The notes under the pieces were generated by a model. It was not told where the DNA came from, ran no database searches, and saw only the letters and a list, made by a program, of their open reading frames with translations. From contig NZ_LT549890.1 of assembly GCF_900079115.1 (NCBI RefSeq), positions 540,001 through 572,000 of the forward strand: a stretch of 32,000 bases of DNA. Reading direction: 5' to 3'. This DNA is from Saccharolobus solfataricus (GTDB lineage Archaea > Thermoproteota > Thermoprotei_A > Sulfolobales > Sulfolobaceae). A program made the translations under genes and the position numbers. How positions within the stretch are numbered: the first letter of the stretch is position 1; each line of letters opens with the position of its first letter. Of the stretch, positions 1 through 8,439 are shown piece by piece.

Positions 1-519
1 TCTAGTTAACGCTCTTAGCAAACTATTCACAGTTCTTGCGTATTTCAGATCTCCTAATAATGCAAAAGTCCTCCCATCTATTTCACCAAACGCCTTATAT
101 ACAGTATATAAATCTATAACTGCTTGTGTAGGATGCTCATGCTTTCCATCTCCAGCATTAATTATAGGTATATCGCTTATCTCACTTGCGAATAATGCTG
201 CCCCATCAAACTTATGTCTCATTACAATACAGTTTGAATAGTTGTTTAGCATCCTAATGGTATCAGCCAAATTTTCACCTTTTGCTATCGAAGTAGACTC
301 CTCGGATGCAAATCCTATCACATCAGCACCTAATTTTATTGCTGCAGTATGAAAGCTTTGAGCAGTTCTAGTACTTGGCTCAAAGAATGCTAATGAAACT
401 ACTTTCCCTGATAGATAATTTAGTTTTTTTACATCATAGAACTTGTCTGCAAGTTCGAATATTCTAAAGTAGTCATCTCTGGTCAAGTCAAGCGACGAAA
501 CTACGTGTCTTAATCTCAC
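1..519 (-). CDS. pyrB: Aspartate carbamoyltransferase catalytic subunit, N-terminal 173 codons. The gene continues past the left edge.
   Basis: My own reverse-strand translation from GTG at 519: [27 protein letters not shown]...[26 protein letters not shown]...MRHKFDGAA...[17 protein letters not shown]...[18 protein letters not shown]. It contains the ATCase STRT and HPTQ motifs. The frame is open through position 1. It is divergent to pyrE, as in Sulfolobus bipolar pyr operons. Confidence 0.9.
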   Translation of the reverse strand, partial: MRLRHVVSSLDLTRDDYFRIFELADKFYDVKKLNYLSGKVVSLAFFEPSTRTAQSFHTAAIKLGADVIGFASEESTSIAKGENLADTIRMLNNYSNCIVMRHKFDGAALFASEISDIPIINAGDGKHEHPTQAVIDLYTVYKAFGEIDGRTFALLGDLKYARTVNSLLRALTR

Positions 520-582
520 AAAGCCCTTATAACTGGTTATGATAGAAGTATATTTAAATTCTTTTTCACAGAGTCTCTACGT
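520..582. promoter_or_regulatory. Bipolar pyrB<->pyrE promoter spacer (63 bp) with one palindromic TATA-like core, ATTTAAAT (552-559).
   Basis: TATTTAAA (551-558) is centred ~28 nt upstream of the pyrE ATG (583) and ~36 nt upstream of the pyrB GTG (519). Purine-rich BRE-like tracts lie on both sides: AGAAGTA upstream for pyrE, and GAAAAAGA on the opposite strand for pyrB. Confidence 0.5.
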
Positions 583-1170
583 ATGAATTTCGCAGAAGTC
601 TTACTCGAAAGGAAATTATTATTAATAGGAAGTTTCGTTTTAACATCAGGTAAGGTTAGTCCATATTACTTAGACTTAAGACCTTTACCAAATTATCCAG
701 AATTTTACGATATAGTTAATCAAGCTATAAAGAAAGCAAAAGATATACCCCATGATATAATAGTAGGAATAGCCACTGGAGGAGTTCCCTTATCGGCATT
801 CATAGCTTGTAACCTTAAAGAGCCTATGGGATATATTAGAATAGAAAAGAAAGGTCATGGAACTAATCGTACATTAGAACTCGATGTAAAAGGAAAAAGA
901 GTATTGTTAGTAGATGACGTTGCAACTACAGGAGTATCCATAGAGAAAGCAACATTGGAGATTCTTAACGGTGGAGGTAAAGTTTCAGACGCACTAGTAA
1001 TCATAGATAGACAAGAAGGGGCTTCACAAAGATTGGAAAAACTAGGAGTCAAATTACACTCTCTATTTAAAATTTCAGAAATTCTAGATGAATTGTTGAA
1101 GAGTGATAAACTTAAGGATAATGAAAAGAAGTCAATTCTAGATTATTTGGTGAAGAATGTTGAAAAGTAG
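583..1170 (+). CDS. pyrE: Orotate phosphoribosyltransferase
   Basis: 195 aa. PRPP-binding motif [13 protein letters not shown]. Type I PRTase layout. Followed by overlapping pyrF. Confidence 0.95.
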   Translation: MNFAEVLLERKLLLIGSFVLTSGKVSPYYLDLRPLPNYPEFYDIVNQAIKKAKDIPHDIIVGIATGGVPLSAFIACNLKEPMGYIRIEKKGHGTNRTLELDVKGKRVLLVDDVATTGVSIEKATLEILNGGGKVSDALVIIDRQEGASQRLEKLGVKLHSLFKISEILDELLKSDKLKDNEKKSILDYLVKNVEK

Positions 1171-1825
1171 AGTAATATTAGCAATGGATAAACCTCTCTC
1201 ATATCAAGTTCTTAAAGAGATGGAAAATGAGTTATATGGGATAAAAGTTGGTTTACCTTTAGTTTTAGATCTAGGAGTGGATAAAACTAGAGAGCTCTTA
1301 ATTGGTTTAGACGTGGAGGAAATTATTGTTGATTTTAAGCTTGCAGATATCGGATACATAATGAAAAGCATAGTTGAAAGATTATCTTTCGCCAACTCGT
1401 TCATAGCACATTCCTTTATAGGCGTTAAGGGATCTCTAGATGAATTAAAAAGATATCTTGATGCAAACTCTAAAAATTTATACTTAGTTGCCGTAATGTC
1501 ACATGAAGGATGGAGTACGTTATTCGCAGACTATATTAAAAACGTTATAAGAGAGATAAGCCCAAAAGGAATAGTAGTTGGAGGGACTAAATTAGATCAT
1601 ATAACGCAGTATAGGAGAGACTTCGAAAAAATGACCATAGTCTCTCCGGGTATGGGTAGTCAAGGTGGAAGTTATGGCGATGCAGTATGTGCTGGAGCGG
1701 ATTATGAAATCATTGGAAGAAGTATTTATAATGCAGGGAATCCATTAACAGCATTAAGAACTATAAATAAGATTATCGAGGATAAGGTGATGAAATGTAA
1801 AGGAGCAATTTTTAGGAAAAAATGA
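1157..1825 (+). CDS. pyrF: Orotidine 5'-phosphate decarboxylase
   Basis: 222 aa. DxKxxDIG-type motif ([13 protein letters not shown]). 14-nt overlap with the pyrE 3' end. Confidence 0.93.
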   Translation: MLKSRVILAMDKPLSYQVLKEMENELYGIKVGLPLVLDLGVDKTRELLIGLDVEEIIVDFKLADIGYIMKSIVERLSFANSFIAHSFIGVKGSLDELKRYLDANSKNLYLVAVMSHEGWSTLFADYIKNVIREISPKGIVVGGTKLDHITQYRRDFEKMTIVSPGMGSQGGSYGDAVCAGADYEIIGRSIYNAGNPLTALRTINKIIEDKVMKCKGAIFRKK

Positions 1826-1985
1826 AATTAGTGAAAAAATAGCCGGTCTTTATAAACTAACATTAATAGGGGAAAATCTACACGAGGAATATGGCGTAAT
1901 TCCAACAACAGATTTAACTTATATTTATATAGATAGAGATTATGAATTTGATCTCGAAAACGATTTAGTCAAAAAGGGTAGAAGT

Positions 1986-2459
1986 GTGTATGAGTATTTT
2001 GTAATTTATGATGAGATATTGAGGATTTATATGAATTTCTTACAAAACCTTATGTTAAACTACGCCAGTAGGACTATCAATTCAGATGTGGAGTTTATGA
2101 ACATAGTACTTAGCGATGGATCATACATAATACTTGAGGGAGATGAGAAAAGAGTTTCTATACCATTTCCAAAGGGTATAGCCACTACACATACGCACCC
2201 GGGAATTTGTTTGTTTTCTCACAAAGATTTGGAAACAGCTGATCACTTATTTAGTATTGGTTATGCAGTAGTTTCAGTAATGAATACCAAATGCATTTCC
2301 TCTTTATATAGACGTGGTGTATATACATTAGATGATAAACTAGCTTTAAAAAATTTGGTAGGCAAGATTAAAAAGGCCAAAAATTTGGAGGAAGTGATTA
2401 ATATATACAGAAATCTAGCTTTTCCTAATTATCTAAAATTTATCACTTATTCGATTTAG
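1986..2459 (+). CDS. Hypothetical protein with a JAB/MPN-like metalloprotease motif. The 5' end is uncertain (see finding on 1794-1990).
   Basis: HTHPGICLFSHKD resembles the JAMM HxHx7SxxD motif but with a 6-residue spacer. The tracked start is GTG 1986, and an alternative ATG lies at 2031. The frame is open upstream to 1794 without any canonical start. Confidence 0.45.
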   Translation: MYEYFVIYDEILRIYMNFLQNLMLNYASRTINSDVEFMNIVLSDGSYIILEGDEKRVSIPFPKGIATTHTHPGICLFSHKDLETADHLFSIGYAVVSVMNTKCISSLYRRGVYTLDDKLALKNLVGKIKKAKNLEEVINIYRNLAFPNYLKFITYSI

Positions 2460-3453
2460 CCAGTATATCTATTGTAGCTTCAGCTATATCAGCGGAATAT
2501 CTTGCAACCCTCCTTAAAGATTCAACTGTCATCGAAGTTGAAGTTATAATCTTTGGATTGTCATTACTTTTAATTGCTATTTCTTGTAATTCTCGTAATT
2601 TTTCAAATATTTCAATATTTGAAATTAGACTATGTGCAATGTCCTTCTTTTCGTTTAAAAACGCATTCATGGCCGACTTATAACTTTCCAAAATCGTAAG
2701 ACCTAAATTCACTAGATCTTCTTTATTACTAAACTTACTTACATCCTCTACTAGACTGGCTATTCTGTTTGCGTGATCACCTACTCTTTCAATTGTTTTG
2801 GCTACTGAATATATATCGACCATTTGTGTGAGATTATACCCCTCAGAATCCAGTACGTTTATAGCTTTTACTGAAATAGTTAATTGCCTAGCAATATAGA
2901 AGAAAAACCTATCCACCTCATCGTCTCTTCCCGATATTTCTTTAGCCAGCTCGATATCAGCCTTACTTATAGCCTCCAAGGAATCTCTAAGCATGTTATA
3001 TGATATTGTAAATGCTCTTGATATCGCCTTTTTGATTGATAACTCTTTTTCGTCAACAAGAAATTGGATAGAAATTGTACTAACATCCTCTTCTATTACC
3101 TCAGCCCCCAGCAATCTTCTCCTTACTACATCCTTAATATAAGCCCTTGTAGAGCTAGACATCCTAGGACATGTTATTGATACAGAAGAGAATCCAGCTA
3201 TGTAATATGCTATAAATTCCCTGATGATGGCTTCTGACGTCACGTTATCGCAATGTATAATCTTCTTGATTTCTTTCTGATCTGTTGTATTCGCAGATTT
3301 GGGAACTATAAGTAGCTTCATATCAGTATCTTGATAGATCTCAACTTCATCGCCGGCAGATAATGATAATGCTTTTATCCATTCCTTTGGTAAAGAGACT
3401 ATATAGGTAGATCCTCCAGTTAACTGTATTTTCCTTGTTATTGATTTGCTCAA
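2443..3453 (-). CDS. AbrB/SpoVT-domain plus PhoU-domain regulator (phosphate-uptake-regulator-like)
   Basis: 336 aa. N-terminal swapped-hairpin motif GGSTYIVSLPKEWIKALSLSAGDEVEI, followed by two PhoU-like helical repeats (DDEVDRFFFYIARQL; ERVGDHANRIA). The start codon is TTG (reverse complement of caa at 3451-3453). Confidence 0.8.
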   Translation of the reverse strand: MSKSITRKIQLTGGSTYIVSLPKEWIKALSLSAGDEVEIYQDTDMKLLIVPKSANTTDQKEIKKIIHCDNVTSEAIIREFIAYYIAGFSSVSITCPRMSSSTRAYIKDVVRRRLLGAEVIEEDVSTISIQFLVDEKELSIKKAISRAFTISYNMLRDSLEAISKADIELAKEISGRDDEVDRFFFYIARQLTISVKAINVLDSEGYNLTQMVDIYSVAKTIERVGDHANRIASLVEDVSKFSNKEDLVNLGLTILESYKSAMNAFLNEKKDIAHSLISNIEIFEKLRELQEIAIKSNDNPKIITSTSMTVESLRRVARYSADIAEATIDILAKSNK

Positions 3454-3455
3454 TC

Positions 3456-3473
3456 TAGATCTATATAGATCTA
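3456..3473. repeat. 18-bp perfect palindrome TAGATCTATATAGATCTA
   Basis: Read directly from the sequence. It is self-complementary over all 18 nt. It spans the TAG stop (3471-3473) of the upstream minus-strand gene and ends 2 nt before the TTG start (3453) of the AbrB-PhoU gene. Confidence 0.9.
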
Positions 3474-3977
3474 TGTATTAACTTGATAATAAGTTTCACT
3501 TTTTCTCTTCTCGGCGATTTTCTCCGCATCCAACAATACGCTTCTCGCTTCTTCTTTTACATTAATCTTTATCTCTTTGGGTAGATCGACATTAACGTAG
3601 AAATTACTATATATATCGTCAAGCAATAGTGAGATATCTGGCGTTAAATTGAAACTTTCTTTAAGCAGCTTTATAGCTTCAACTACTGATGCAGCGCTAG
3701 TAACTATATTGCCTATATAGATAATAGTCTCAATTTTTATCTCAAGTATCTCTAAAATTACCTCTAGTGTCAACAAATGGTCCATCACATTCTCGAGAAG
3801 CTCAGATTCTCTAGCGACCATTTTTGATAAATGAGGGAATGAAGCTACATTTCTCATAAAGATATGATTATAAGTACCTATCTTATTCTGCATTCTATTA
3901 ATTATGTTTTGCACCTTATTTCTTGCAATCCTTACGTCTATTAGTAGCTCCGCTAAGCTCTTTCCTTTCTTCTTCAC
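3471..3977 (-). CDS. ESCRT-III / Snf7-family paralogue (CdvB-like), tentative
   Basis: 168 aa. Basic N-terminus (MKKKGK) followed by predicted long helices and an acidic/charged C-terminal tail, an Snf7-like arrangement. GTG start. The position relative to pyrEF matches my recollection of an S. solfataricus ESCRT-III paralogue locus (unverified). Confidence 0.5.
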   Translation of the reverse strand: MKKKGKSLAELLIDVRIARNKVQNIINRMQNKIGTYNHIFMRNVASFPHLSKMVARESELLENVMDHLLTLEVILEILEIKIETIIYIGNIVTSAASVVEAIKLLKESFNLTPDISLLLDDIYSNFYVNVDLPKEIKINVKEEARSVLLDAEKIAEKRKSETYYQVNT

Positions 3978-4029
3978 GGAAATAGATATTAACTAGAAAG
4001 GTTTAAAAGGCAAAGGTTAAGTTGGTTTA

Positions 4030-4347
4030 TTAGCTTTTATTAGCTTTTTGCCTAATTTCTCTTTCTAATTCATCTAGAACGTCCTTATAAGTCTTATAAA
4101 AAGTTGTAAGCTTATAAGGCAAACCGTATCCATCGGCCTCCCTATATACTATATTATTCTCCATTAGAACTTCTAAGTGATGCATTACAGTTTTATAATC
4201 AAGTTTTAACGTTGAAGCTATTTGGTTGGGATTCAAGGGTTTCTCCTCTAGTACTCTTACTATTTTTAGCCTAGTTATTCCTCCCCTTGAAGTGAAAAAA
4301 AGAAACCTGAAAAATTTTTTAACTTGCTTTCGTTCCTTTTCGTTCAT
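4030..4347 (-). CDS. ArsR/SmtB-like winged-helix transcription regulator
   Basis: 105 aa. [47 protein letters not shown] is a typical HTH plus wing. Confidence 0.7.
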   Translation of the reverse strand: MNEKERKQVKKFFRFLFFTSRGGITRLKIVRVLEEKPLNPNQIASTLKLDYKTVMHHLEVLMENNIVYREADGYGLPYKLTTFYKTYKDVLDELEREIRQKANKS

Positions 4348-4424
4348 TATACATTTAGAGATATAATTATAACTTGCTAAAATGTTTCATCACTATATAT
4401 ACAAACAGAATATCCTCTAGTCTG

Positions 4425-4817
4425 TCATCTGGTAGTGCCTCTTTTCTCTGTTGTAGATTTAACCTTTAATAAAACACATTTCAAATCCAAATCATTAACC
4501 AACCCAGCACAGTCTTCTTGAATAGCAAGATATTCTAATTCTGTATAGACGTTATATTTGGTATATATGTCTCTTAACGTAAATTTCATGTTTAGATAAT
4601 CCCTAATAAAATCCAAGTGTCCACATTTAGCGATAATTTGTAATAATCCCAAATCCACTAATCTCCTCCTTCTATTTTTACCGATAATTATTATTCTTAG
4701 TCCTATACTTATCTCATCAATACTGCTGAATTCTTCCGCACTTATGTCATTCTCATTTATTTCTATAATAGGTTCTTCACTTAACAGATATCTTAATATC
4801 ACATCACTAAGTGTCAT
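4425..4817 (-). CDS. Hypothetical protein
   Basis: 130-aa ORF with coding-like composition. It is divergent from taw3 across a 35-bp AT-rich spacer. No motif recognised. Confidence 0.45.
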   Translation of the reverse strand: MTLSDVILRYLLSEEPIIEINENDISAEEFSSIDEISIGLRIIIIGKNRRRRLVDLGLLQIIAKCGHLDFIRDYLNMKFTLRDIYTKYNVYTELEYLAIQEDCAGLVNDLDLKCVLLKVKSTTEKRGTTR

Positions 4818-4852
4818 AAACTTTTATTGAGCATAGGGGATTAATTAAATAT

Positions 4853-5482
4853 ATGTTGGTGTGGGAGGAACTAAGAGAGAAAGCGCTTAATAAAATATAC
4901 CATGATAAAGAAATAGGTTACTTAGATCCAGATATTCTTGGCTTCTTACTAGCATTCTATAGAAACAGAAACGATGTTTATACCCAAAGTAGTTGTAGTG
5001 GGAGAATAACTATTGTTGATGCGGAAATGCCTTGGGATAGGAAAAACTCAACTATCATATTCAAAAATCATTTGAGAATTACGGAACAGGATCTAGAGGA
5101 CGTTTTAAGCAAAAATCAAGTTAGGCGACTATGGTTAATAGTACAAGGACCCATTATACATATTTATGCTAAAAACATTGAAACTGGCTGGGATATCTTG
5201 AAAATCGCTAGAGAAGCTGGTTTTAAACATAGTGGGATTTTAGCTACAAACCAAAAGGGAGTCTTAGTTGAATTAAGAACGGGAATAAGAATGGTTCATC
5301 TCTTAAGGGAGTCAAACACAGAGAGAGTTGACAAGGATAAAATAAAAACATTAGTAAATGTATGTAATGAAGTGTTAGCAAGAGGAAAACAAAAGATGAA
5401 TCTATTAAAAGACCTATTATCATCTAGCTCCAATAATTCTATGGAGCTGGGGAAGAACTCTAAATTGAAGACCCCTATCTAA
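4853..5482 (+). CDS. taw3: tRNA wyosine-derivative methyltransferase Taw3 (TYW3 family)
   Basis: 209 aa. The N-terminal region, with DPDILGFLLAFYRNRNDVYTQSSCSGRI and the later GFKHSGI, is characteristic of TYW3/Taw3. Confidence 0.8.
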   Translation: MLVWEELREKALNKIYHDKEIGYLDPDILGFLLAFYRNRNDVYTQSSCSGRITIVDAEMPWDRKNSTIIFKNHLRITEQDLEDVLSKNQVRRLWLIVQGPIIHIYAKNIETGWDILKIAREAGFKHSGILATNQKGVLVELRTGIRMVHLLRESNTERVDKDKIKTLVNVCNEVLARGKQKMNLLKDLLSSSSNNSMELGKNSKLKTPI

Positions 5483-6055
5483 CACAATTTGCACTATTTC
5501 ATTTATTGCATTTATATAATCGCTTCTATTTCCATCTGGTTGTAGGATAACTTTGCGTGGATTAATACTCTGAGACTCGACGAATTTTACAACCTCATCT
5601 ATATCCTTATTTGGATAGACTATAACAAACTTATAATATGTAGCCCAATCATCTGCGAAGTCGTATTTTAGCTTATGCCCAGAATTACTAAGCTTAGGAG
5701 AAACCGAAAAGATATCAATGATTTTCCTTAATTCCTCTGAAGGCTTTATTGTACCGTTTGTCTCAACCACAATCTTATGCCCTATACTCTTAAGTTCCTT
5801 AGCAAGTGGTAATATGTTTTGGAGTAAAGGTTCGCCCCCAGTTATCGTGGTAGTTTTAATTTTCTTATCAAGTTTTGCAATAATCTCATCTATACTCATC
5901 TCAGTGCCAATTTCCCACGAATATTTCGTATCACACCATACACATCTTAAGTTGCACGTAGCAAGTCTAATGAAATTTGAAGGGATCCCGATAACCTCCC
6001 CTTCACCTTGGATAGAGGTAAAGATTTCAATCACGCGATACTTCATTTGTACCAC
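5420..6055 (-). CDS. queE: 7-carboxy-7-deazaguanine synthase (radical SAM, preQ0/archaeosine pathway)
   Basis: IFTSIQGEGEVIGIPSNFIRLATCNLRCVWCDTKY is the QueE N-terminal signature with a CxxxCxxC-type cluster motif. The start may instead be the internal Met at 6046 (MKYRV). Confidence 0.85.
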   Translation of the reverse strand: MVQMKYRVIEIFTSIQGEGEVIGIPSNFIRLATCNLRCVWCDTKYSWEIGTEMSIDEIIAKLDKKIKTTTITGGEPLLQNILPLAKELKSIGHKIVVETNGTIKPSEELRKIIDIFSVSPKLSNSGHKLKYDFADDWATYYKFVIVYPNKDIDEVVKFVESQSINPRKVILQPDGNRSDYINAINEIVQIVLDRGLQFRVLPQLHRIIGAR

Positions 6056-7025
6056 TACTTTTTACCAAGTTAAAAAGTTCCTCTTTTAACTTATCTATAC
6101 CGATTCCCTTTTCAGCGCTTATTTCGTGCCATTCGTTTCCTTCACTTAAAAGAAAATCTACAATCTTTTTATAATATTCTTCATATTTCTCATCAATCTT
6201 ATTAATTACAGGTATGACAATCTTTTTTAATAATTTCACCTCCCTAAATAATTCTATTTGACCTTCTACAGATAGAACTGAGGAAATCGAGGAATCAAAC
6301 ATGAATACGATTATGCCATTTAAGTTTCTTATCGCGTTAGTAGCCTTTCTCTCTATTCTATTTCTCTCAGCTTCTGGCCTATCCAAAATGCCTGGCGTAT
6401 CAATAACCTGAATACGAAAGTCGTCTAAAATTACATGACCTACATGAACTTCTTTTGTAGTAAAGGGATAACTGGCAATTTCTGGTTTAGCTGTAGAGAT
6501 TTTCGAAACTAAAGTGGATTTGCCTACGTTTGGAGGGCCAGCTACTACGATAGTCGGCAATGTTGGATCTATACCTTGGATTTTCTTTAATTCTTTCGCT
6601 ACGTCTATTACTCTATCTATACATTCACTGGATTTTCTTAATACGGAACTTACTCTTCCAAACGCTTGACGCATTATTCGATTAGATTCATTTTCCGGAC
6701 TTTTCCTTATCTGGTTGATGTATTTTTTCAATATCTTCATAGATATTACGCTGGTTTTCTTGGTAACTGATAAACATATCCTCAGTTTATTAATATCAGT
6801 CATAATTCTAGTTGCCTCTAAATAAAAAGGATGTAGTTCGTCAATTTTAGGGAATTGTTCCACAAAGTCGTAGTATTTCTTAATTCTCTCATAATATTCC
6901 TTTAATCTTCTTATCTCTCTATCCCTAACTGTAGTACCACCTATCTTTGGCAGCCTTTTTAGCATGGTATCAATAGTTTGATTGGCTTTTGGCGGGATCT
7001 GTAACTTCTCAAATGGATTTAACAT
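6027..7025 (-). CDS. Nog1-type (Obg-like) GTP-binding protein
   Basis: 332 aa. NOG1-like N-terminal helical region, then G1 GPPNVGKST, G3 DTPG and G4 NKID. Confidence 0.8.
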   Translation of the reverse strand: MLNPFEKLQIPPKANQTIDTMLKRLPKIGGTTVRDREIRRLKEYYERIKKYYDFVEQFPKIDELHPFYLEATRIMTDINKLRICLSVTKKTSVISMKILKKYINQIRKSPENESNRIMRQAFGRVSSVLRKSSECIDRVIDVAKELKKIQGIDPTLPTIVVAGPPNVGKSTLVSKISTAKPEIASYPFTTKEVHVGHVILDDFRIQVIDTPGILDRPEAERNRIERKATNAIRNLNGIIVFMFDSSISSVLSVEGQIELFREVKLLKKIVIPVINKIDEKYEEYYKKIVDFLLSEGNEWHEISAEKGIGIDKLKEELFNLVKSSGTNEVSRD

Positions 7026-7375
7026 ATCTTAGTTCCTGGAGGAACTTCTCCGTCTACAGTTAGTATTCTGGGTTTTATTCCTTTCGCTTCATCCTCTTTA
7101 CATCCAGCGGCCAATAACATACCTTGGCTCTCAAAACCTCTTATCACTCTAGGCTTTAAATTGGCTATAACTATTATCCTCTTGTTCAATAACTCCTCTG
7201 GGGTATAATATTCTCCTAAACCCGCAATTATTTGCCTTTGTTCTGAACCCAAGTCAATCAATAGTTTTAGTAATCTTGTTCCTTCAATCCTTTCAGCTTG
7301 TCTCACAATTCCAACCTTAAGGTCTAATTTTGCAAAATCGTCTATTGTAATTTGATTACTCATGATGTTAAGCAT
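7019..7375 (-). CDS. tRNA-binding OB-fold protein (Trbp111/CsaA/EMAP-like)
   Basis: DDFAKLDLKVGIVRQAERIEGTRLLKLLIDLG...IVIANLKPRVIRGFESQGMLLAA is a typical tRNA_bind domain. I place the start at ATG 7375 (MLNIMSNQ). The longer tracked ORF (to 7507) would run through the purC promoter and start. Confidence 0.75.
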   Translation of the reverse strand: MLNIMSNQITIDDFAKLDLKVGIVRQAERIEGTRLLKLLIDLGSEQRQIIAGLGEYYTPEELLNKRIIVIANLKPRVIRGFESQGMLLAAGCKEDEAKGIKPRILTVDGEVPPGTKIC

Positions 7376-7443
7376 TGGTGAAGAATTATAAGGATTTTGA
7401 TTTACATAATGAAGTAAAAGTTTATACTTATTTGAAGCTAACT

Positions 7444-7452
7444 TTTTATATC
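7444..7452 (+). promoter_or_regulatory. TATA-like box of the pur operon (TTTTTATAT)
   Basis: Centred ~24 nt upstream of the purC ATG (7473), consistent with a leaderless first gene as is common in Sulfolobus. Confidence 0.45.
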
Positions 7453-7472
7453 GGTTATGTAAAATTGTCGTA

Positions 7473-8174
7473 ATGGAAGTTAACAAGATTTCTGAGGGAA
7501 AGACCAAGATAGTTTATGATTTTGATAAAGATCACGTATTACTCGAGTTTAAGGATGACATAACCGCGGGTGATGGTCAAAAAAGAGATATATTGGAGGG
7601 TAAGGGCGTTTTAAACGCTCAAACATCAGCATTCTTCTTCAGATTACTAGAAAGAAATGGTATAGAAACACACTACGTAGGGATGAAGGATGAAAGAACG
7701 ATGATAGTAAAGAAATTAAAGATGATACCAGTAGAAGTTGTATTAAGAAACATTGCTACAGGTAGTATAGTTAAGCGATTACCAATTAAAGAAGGTGAAG
7801 TCTTTGAATCGCCAATAGTGGAATTTTTCTTAAAGGATGACTTACGTCATGATCCCCTACTTAACTATTACCATATGGAACATCTTAAATTAATGAATAG
7901 GAAAGAGGCTCAGCATATAGAAGATATAATGATGAAGGTGAACGATGTACTATTCAATTTTATTAAAAGCAAAGGATTTATATTATATGACTTTAAACTA
8001 GAATTTGGCCGTTTGGGCGATAAACTAGTAATTGGAGATGAAATATCGTTAGATAGTATGAGAATTAGAGATGGTAATTCCAGAATTTATGATAAGGATT
8101 TATATAGGAAGGGTTACGATTTAAAAACAGTAAAATCCTCGTATGAGGAATTTCTAAAAAGAATTACCTCATGA
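7473..8174 (+). CDS. purC: SAICAR synthase
   Basis: 233 aa. N-terminal EGKTKIVY motif and the SAICAR synthase fold pattern. First gene of the pur cluster. Confidence 0.93.
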
Positions 8175-8184
8175 GGGCCCCTTT

Positions 8185-8439
8185 ATGAAATACTATGTAG
8201 AATTGATAATAATAAATAAAGACTCAGTTAGAGATCCAGAAGGAGAAACAATACAAAAATATGTAATTGAGAAATACACAAACAACATAATTGAAACGAG
8301 AGTAGGAAAGTACATCCAGTTCAAAATTGAGGCCAATAATGAAGAGGATGCAAAGAATTTAATTGAAAAAATTGCCAATGAGGGAAGATTATACAATCCG
8401 ATAATTCATAAAATACTCGTTAGAGTGAGAAGAGAATGA
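8185..8439 (+). CDS. purS: FGAM synthase PurS subunit
   Basis: 84 aa. Size and position between purC and purQ. The ATGA stop/start overlap with purQ fits a PurS-like small subunit. Confidence 0.85.
   Translation: MKYYVELIIINKDSVRDPEGETIQKYVIEKYTNNIIETRVGKYIQFKIEANNEEDAKNLIEKIANEGRLYNPIIHKILVRVRRE

Noticed and set aside
1787-1793. Perfect C-box-like heptamers: GTGATGA (1787-1793), ATGATGA (7929-7935, 26794-26800), and GTGATGA on the minus strand (4387-4393)
   Set aside because: No CTGA D or D' boxes occur at appropriate spacing downstream. Two are inside coding sequence and the others sit in promoter regions. They are chance occurrences in AT-rich DNA.
1884-1895. The idea that the EEYG in the upstream open frame is the catalytic Glu of the JAMM motif
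   Set aside because: It would lie ~100 residues before the HTH motif, much farther than the usual ~30-60. A closer Glu (VEFMNIVL) exists inside the tracked ORF. The frameshift argument therefore does not rest on this.
7376-7507. N-terminal 44-aa extension of the tRNA-binding protein ORF (tracked start at 7507)
   Set aside because: The extension would run through the purC TATA box and overlap the purC start. tRNA_bind-domain proteins of this type are ~110-120 aa, and the internal ATG at 7375 gives that size.
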